Source of the DNA: Octopus bimaculoides
Taxonomy: Eukaryota
Assembly (NCBI RefSeq): GCF_001194135.2
Contig: NC_068999.1
Span: 30,387,548-30,451,547, forward strand
Direction: 5' to 3'
DNA length: 64,000 bases
Below, piece after piece: positions 61,274 to 64,000 of this stretch. Numbering within the stretch: position 1 is the stretch's first letter; each line of letters opens with the position of its first letter. The notes under the pieces were generated by a model that was given only the letters and a program-made list of their open reading frames with translations, was not told the origin of the DNA and searched no databases. The position numbers were made by a program, and so were the translations under genes.

Positions 61274-61395
61274 ATCGGCTGAGGAGATACATATAGATCT
61301 TCTTATACAGGTATATCTTTACATAATTCGATTTAAATTTAACTTTAAATCTTGTATATACAAGGATCTGTATGTATCGAAACATTTGTAGTGAT
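61274..61395 (+). ncRNA. Type I hammerhead ribozyme motif with an extended stem II
   Basis: AUCGG-CUGAGGA-[16-bp stem 61286-61301/61363-61378 plus further hairpin]-GAAAC-auuu-GUA-GUGAU. Confidence 0.65.
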
Positions 61396-61452
61396 TAAAA
61401 AGCTGCCTAACTGTACTTACTCTTCCTTTTGACTCTTTTACTTTTTACTTCT

Positions 61453-61497
<45 letters not shown>

Positions 61498-61789
61498 CAC
61501 ACACACATATGCACATATATATATATATACAAAGATATAAATATATACATGTATATGTATGTATATATATATATATATATATACACAAACGTATATAAAT
61601 ACAATGTGATAGTAATAGAAATGAAACTAATATATGTATATATATATATATATATATACATAGTGAGGAGTATTAATACTGAAACTACTAAAACTGTAAG
61701 TATTATCTCACATTACAATGGAGATGTTATTGCTTCACTTTTGACATGTAATACTGAAATAGCATAAGAGATAAGAGATTGGTCTGGGC

Positions 61790-61944
61790 TCGTATTAGGC
61801 AAGAAGTTTTAAAACTTTTTGGCCCATGGCACTGCATGGATGCTAAGTAAGGCATGTTAAAATTTGAATGAAAGTGGTCGGGTAATTCTTGAGTTTTAGT
61901 GAGACAGACAGACAGACAGACAGACACACATCCTCAGTTATATT

Positions 61945-61960
<16 letters not shown>
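61790..61960 (+). mobile_element. Possible non-autonomous Helitron-like 3' fragment
   Basis: gttaaaatttgaatgaaagtggtc...ttcttgagttttagtgagacagacagacagac followed by (TA)n; assignment by resemblance only. Confidence 0.3.
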
Positions 61961-62006
<46 letters not shown>

Positions 62007-62142
62007 CAAAATTTGGGGCTTTATTTTACAGGTGATCTAAATGACTAGGTATGCTAGGTAAGTGCTGTAATGGATTACTAGGGCTCCAAGTTTATAGCTG
62101 AGACGGTAGTTATGGAGCCATTGCATATTTCTAATATAGCAA

Positions 62143-62424
62143 ATATATAATTGTTAAAGAAGACAACAAATGTAAAGGCAAGGCAAGGCAAACATCTCAA
62201 ATCAAATACATTATTATTATTGGAAAAAAAGATTCAAAGCCTTACAGCTGATTCTGGGATATCTCAGAGTATGGGATATTCTGTCATCGGAGATCCTATG
62301 CTCTGGGATATCCTAGAAACAGTTGTAAGACTTTGAATCTTTTTTCCAATAATAATAATGTATATGATTTGAGATGTTTGCCTTGCCTTAACGTTTGTTG
62401 TTCTCCCTCTTTAACAAATATATA
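62143..62424. mobile_element. Near-perfect foldback (palindromic) element
   Basis: Arms pair over about 135 nt around a TCAT loop at 62284-62287; shares the gagatgtttg(t/c)cttgcctt motif with 55790-55806. Confidence 0.8.
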
Positions 62425-63774
62425 TATATAAAGGTAAATTAAATATAGAGATATTCTACTGACAATCCAATAATTTATTTATATTACAATATTACATTAA
62501 ATACTATGAATATAATATATAACTTAACATAATATTATATAAATAATTATAAAAACCATAAAAGGCCAACAAATTGTTTCGACTTATATATATATATTTT
62601 TTCTAATATACATAATCACAGTTCCATTATATATATATANNNNNNNNNNNNNNNNNNNNNNNNNNNNNNNNNNNNNNNNNNNNNNNNNNNNNNNNNNNNN
62701 NNNNNNNNNNNNNNNNNNNNNNNNNNNNNNNNNNNNNNNNNNNNNNNNNNNNNNNNNNNNNNNNNNNNNNNNNNNNNNNNNNNNNNNNNNNNNNNNNNNN
62801 NNNNNNNNNNNNNNNNNNNNNNNNNNNNNNNNNNNNNNNNNNNNNNNNNNNATATATATCTGCTTGTATATGTGTTTGTCCTCCAGCACTGCTTGACAAT
62901 GGTGTTGGTGTGTTTATGTCCCCATAACCTAGTAGTTCAGCAAAAGTGACTCTCACATTTCCTCTTTCTCTCTCTCATTCCACCTTCTCCTCCTCTTCTC
63001 TAACAAACTAAGGCGTAAATTGTAACCAAACAGGTAGAAGAATATTACAGATTTAGTCCAATAGAAAAAAATTCTTTTCACTATCAACATCCACCACCAT
63101 CATCATTATAGTTTTCAGTAACAAAGCTCATTTCATTTCATTTCTGCTGTTTGTTTATATCTACTTTTTCTTGCTGTCAATGTATTTCTATTCTGACAAT
63201 ACAGATGCTCTCTGTGTCTCTCTGTCTTTCAGTATAACTGCTGTCTTTTCAACCTTACCACCAGAACTCTGCCAAATATTGTATCCTAAATATATCTCTT
63301 TCTCTTTACCTTTCCCTCCCCACCCTACGGCATGTTGTTAACACTTCTCCCTCTTTTCTCTCACAGTCTTTCTTGCTCTTCACGTTTCCCTTCAACTAAC
63401 CATGTGATGCATTTGGTCTTATTATACTCCTCTCTTCTTTCTTCTCTACTCACATTCCTCCTTTCTCTCTCTCTCTCTCTCTCTCTTTTACTCCACCTCT
63501 CACTCTCTTCAGCTCCACTTCTCTCACTATCTAAAGTATAATAGGCAAATGAACAAGCAGATTATTATACAGATGTTTACATTTTCCTGTCTTGTTGATT
63601 GTTCTGCAGAAGATATTTGAAGTTCACAAAATATCTTAATTATATCTGGTTGCTACAAAAGTGGATATTCATAATTAGATTGTTTAGGGAGAATCTCTGT
63701 GATTAGAGGTGGTGGAGAGTATTTCTAATATTAACAGAAATAATTTATGTATTTATAGAGAAACATTTAATATC

Positions 63775-64000
63775 ATCATCATCATCGTTTAACGTCCGCT
63801 TTCCATGCTAGCATGGGTTGGACGATTTGACTGAGGACTGGTGAAACCGGATGGCAACACCAGGCTCCAGTCTGATTTGGCAGAGTTTCTACAGCTGGAT
63901 GCCCTTCCTAACGCCAACCACTCAGAGAGTGTAGTGGGTGCTTTTACGTGTCACCCGCACGAAAACGGCCACGCTCGAAATGGTGTCTTTTATGTGCCAC
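63775..64000 (-). mobile_element. Young RTE 3' tail (family A), runs off the window end
   Basis: Identical over about 213 bp to 32407-32620. Confidence 0.9.

Overview
Eukaryotic, AT-rich, repeat-dense draft-assembly window with 8 N-gaps. The repeat families suggest an octopus-like cephalopod genome (inference). Two convergent intron-rich genes, largely missed by the ORF track, were rebuilt from splice sites and reading frames. (1) On +, an MDM2/MDM4-family gene with coding exons 1514-1649, 2992-3086, 10417-10521, 13656-13748 and 17685-18257 (acidic region, RanBP2-type zinc finger, C2H2C4 RING). Its upstream exons look non-coding, so the protein may lack the p53-binding SWIB domain. (2) On -, the 3' half of a Popeye-domain (BVES/POPDC) gene with exons 42316-42430, 41249-41543 and 38011-38096, ending in a PDZ-binding-type ETSV. 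The rest is decayed transposons: RTE, CR1-like and Tx1-like LINEs, at least five Penelope-like relics, Tc1, mariner and DD37D maT elements, a Helitron relic, several SINE families, foldback elements and mini/microsatellites. The most unusual structural signal is a set of type I hammerhead ribozyme motifs in Penelope-related termini (14739-14784 +, 43798-43842 -, and 61274-61395 + with a very long stem II), together with several long near-perfect hairpins. No CRISPR, rRNA or true tRNA genes were seen.
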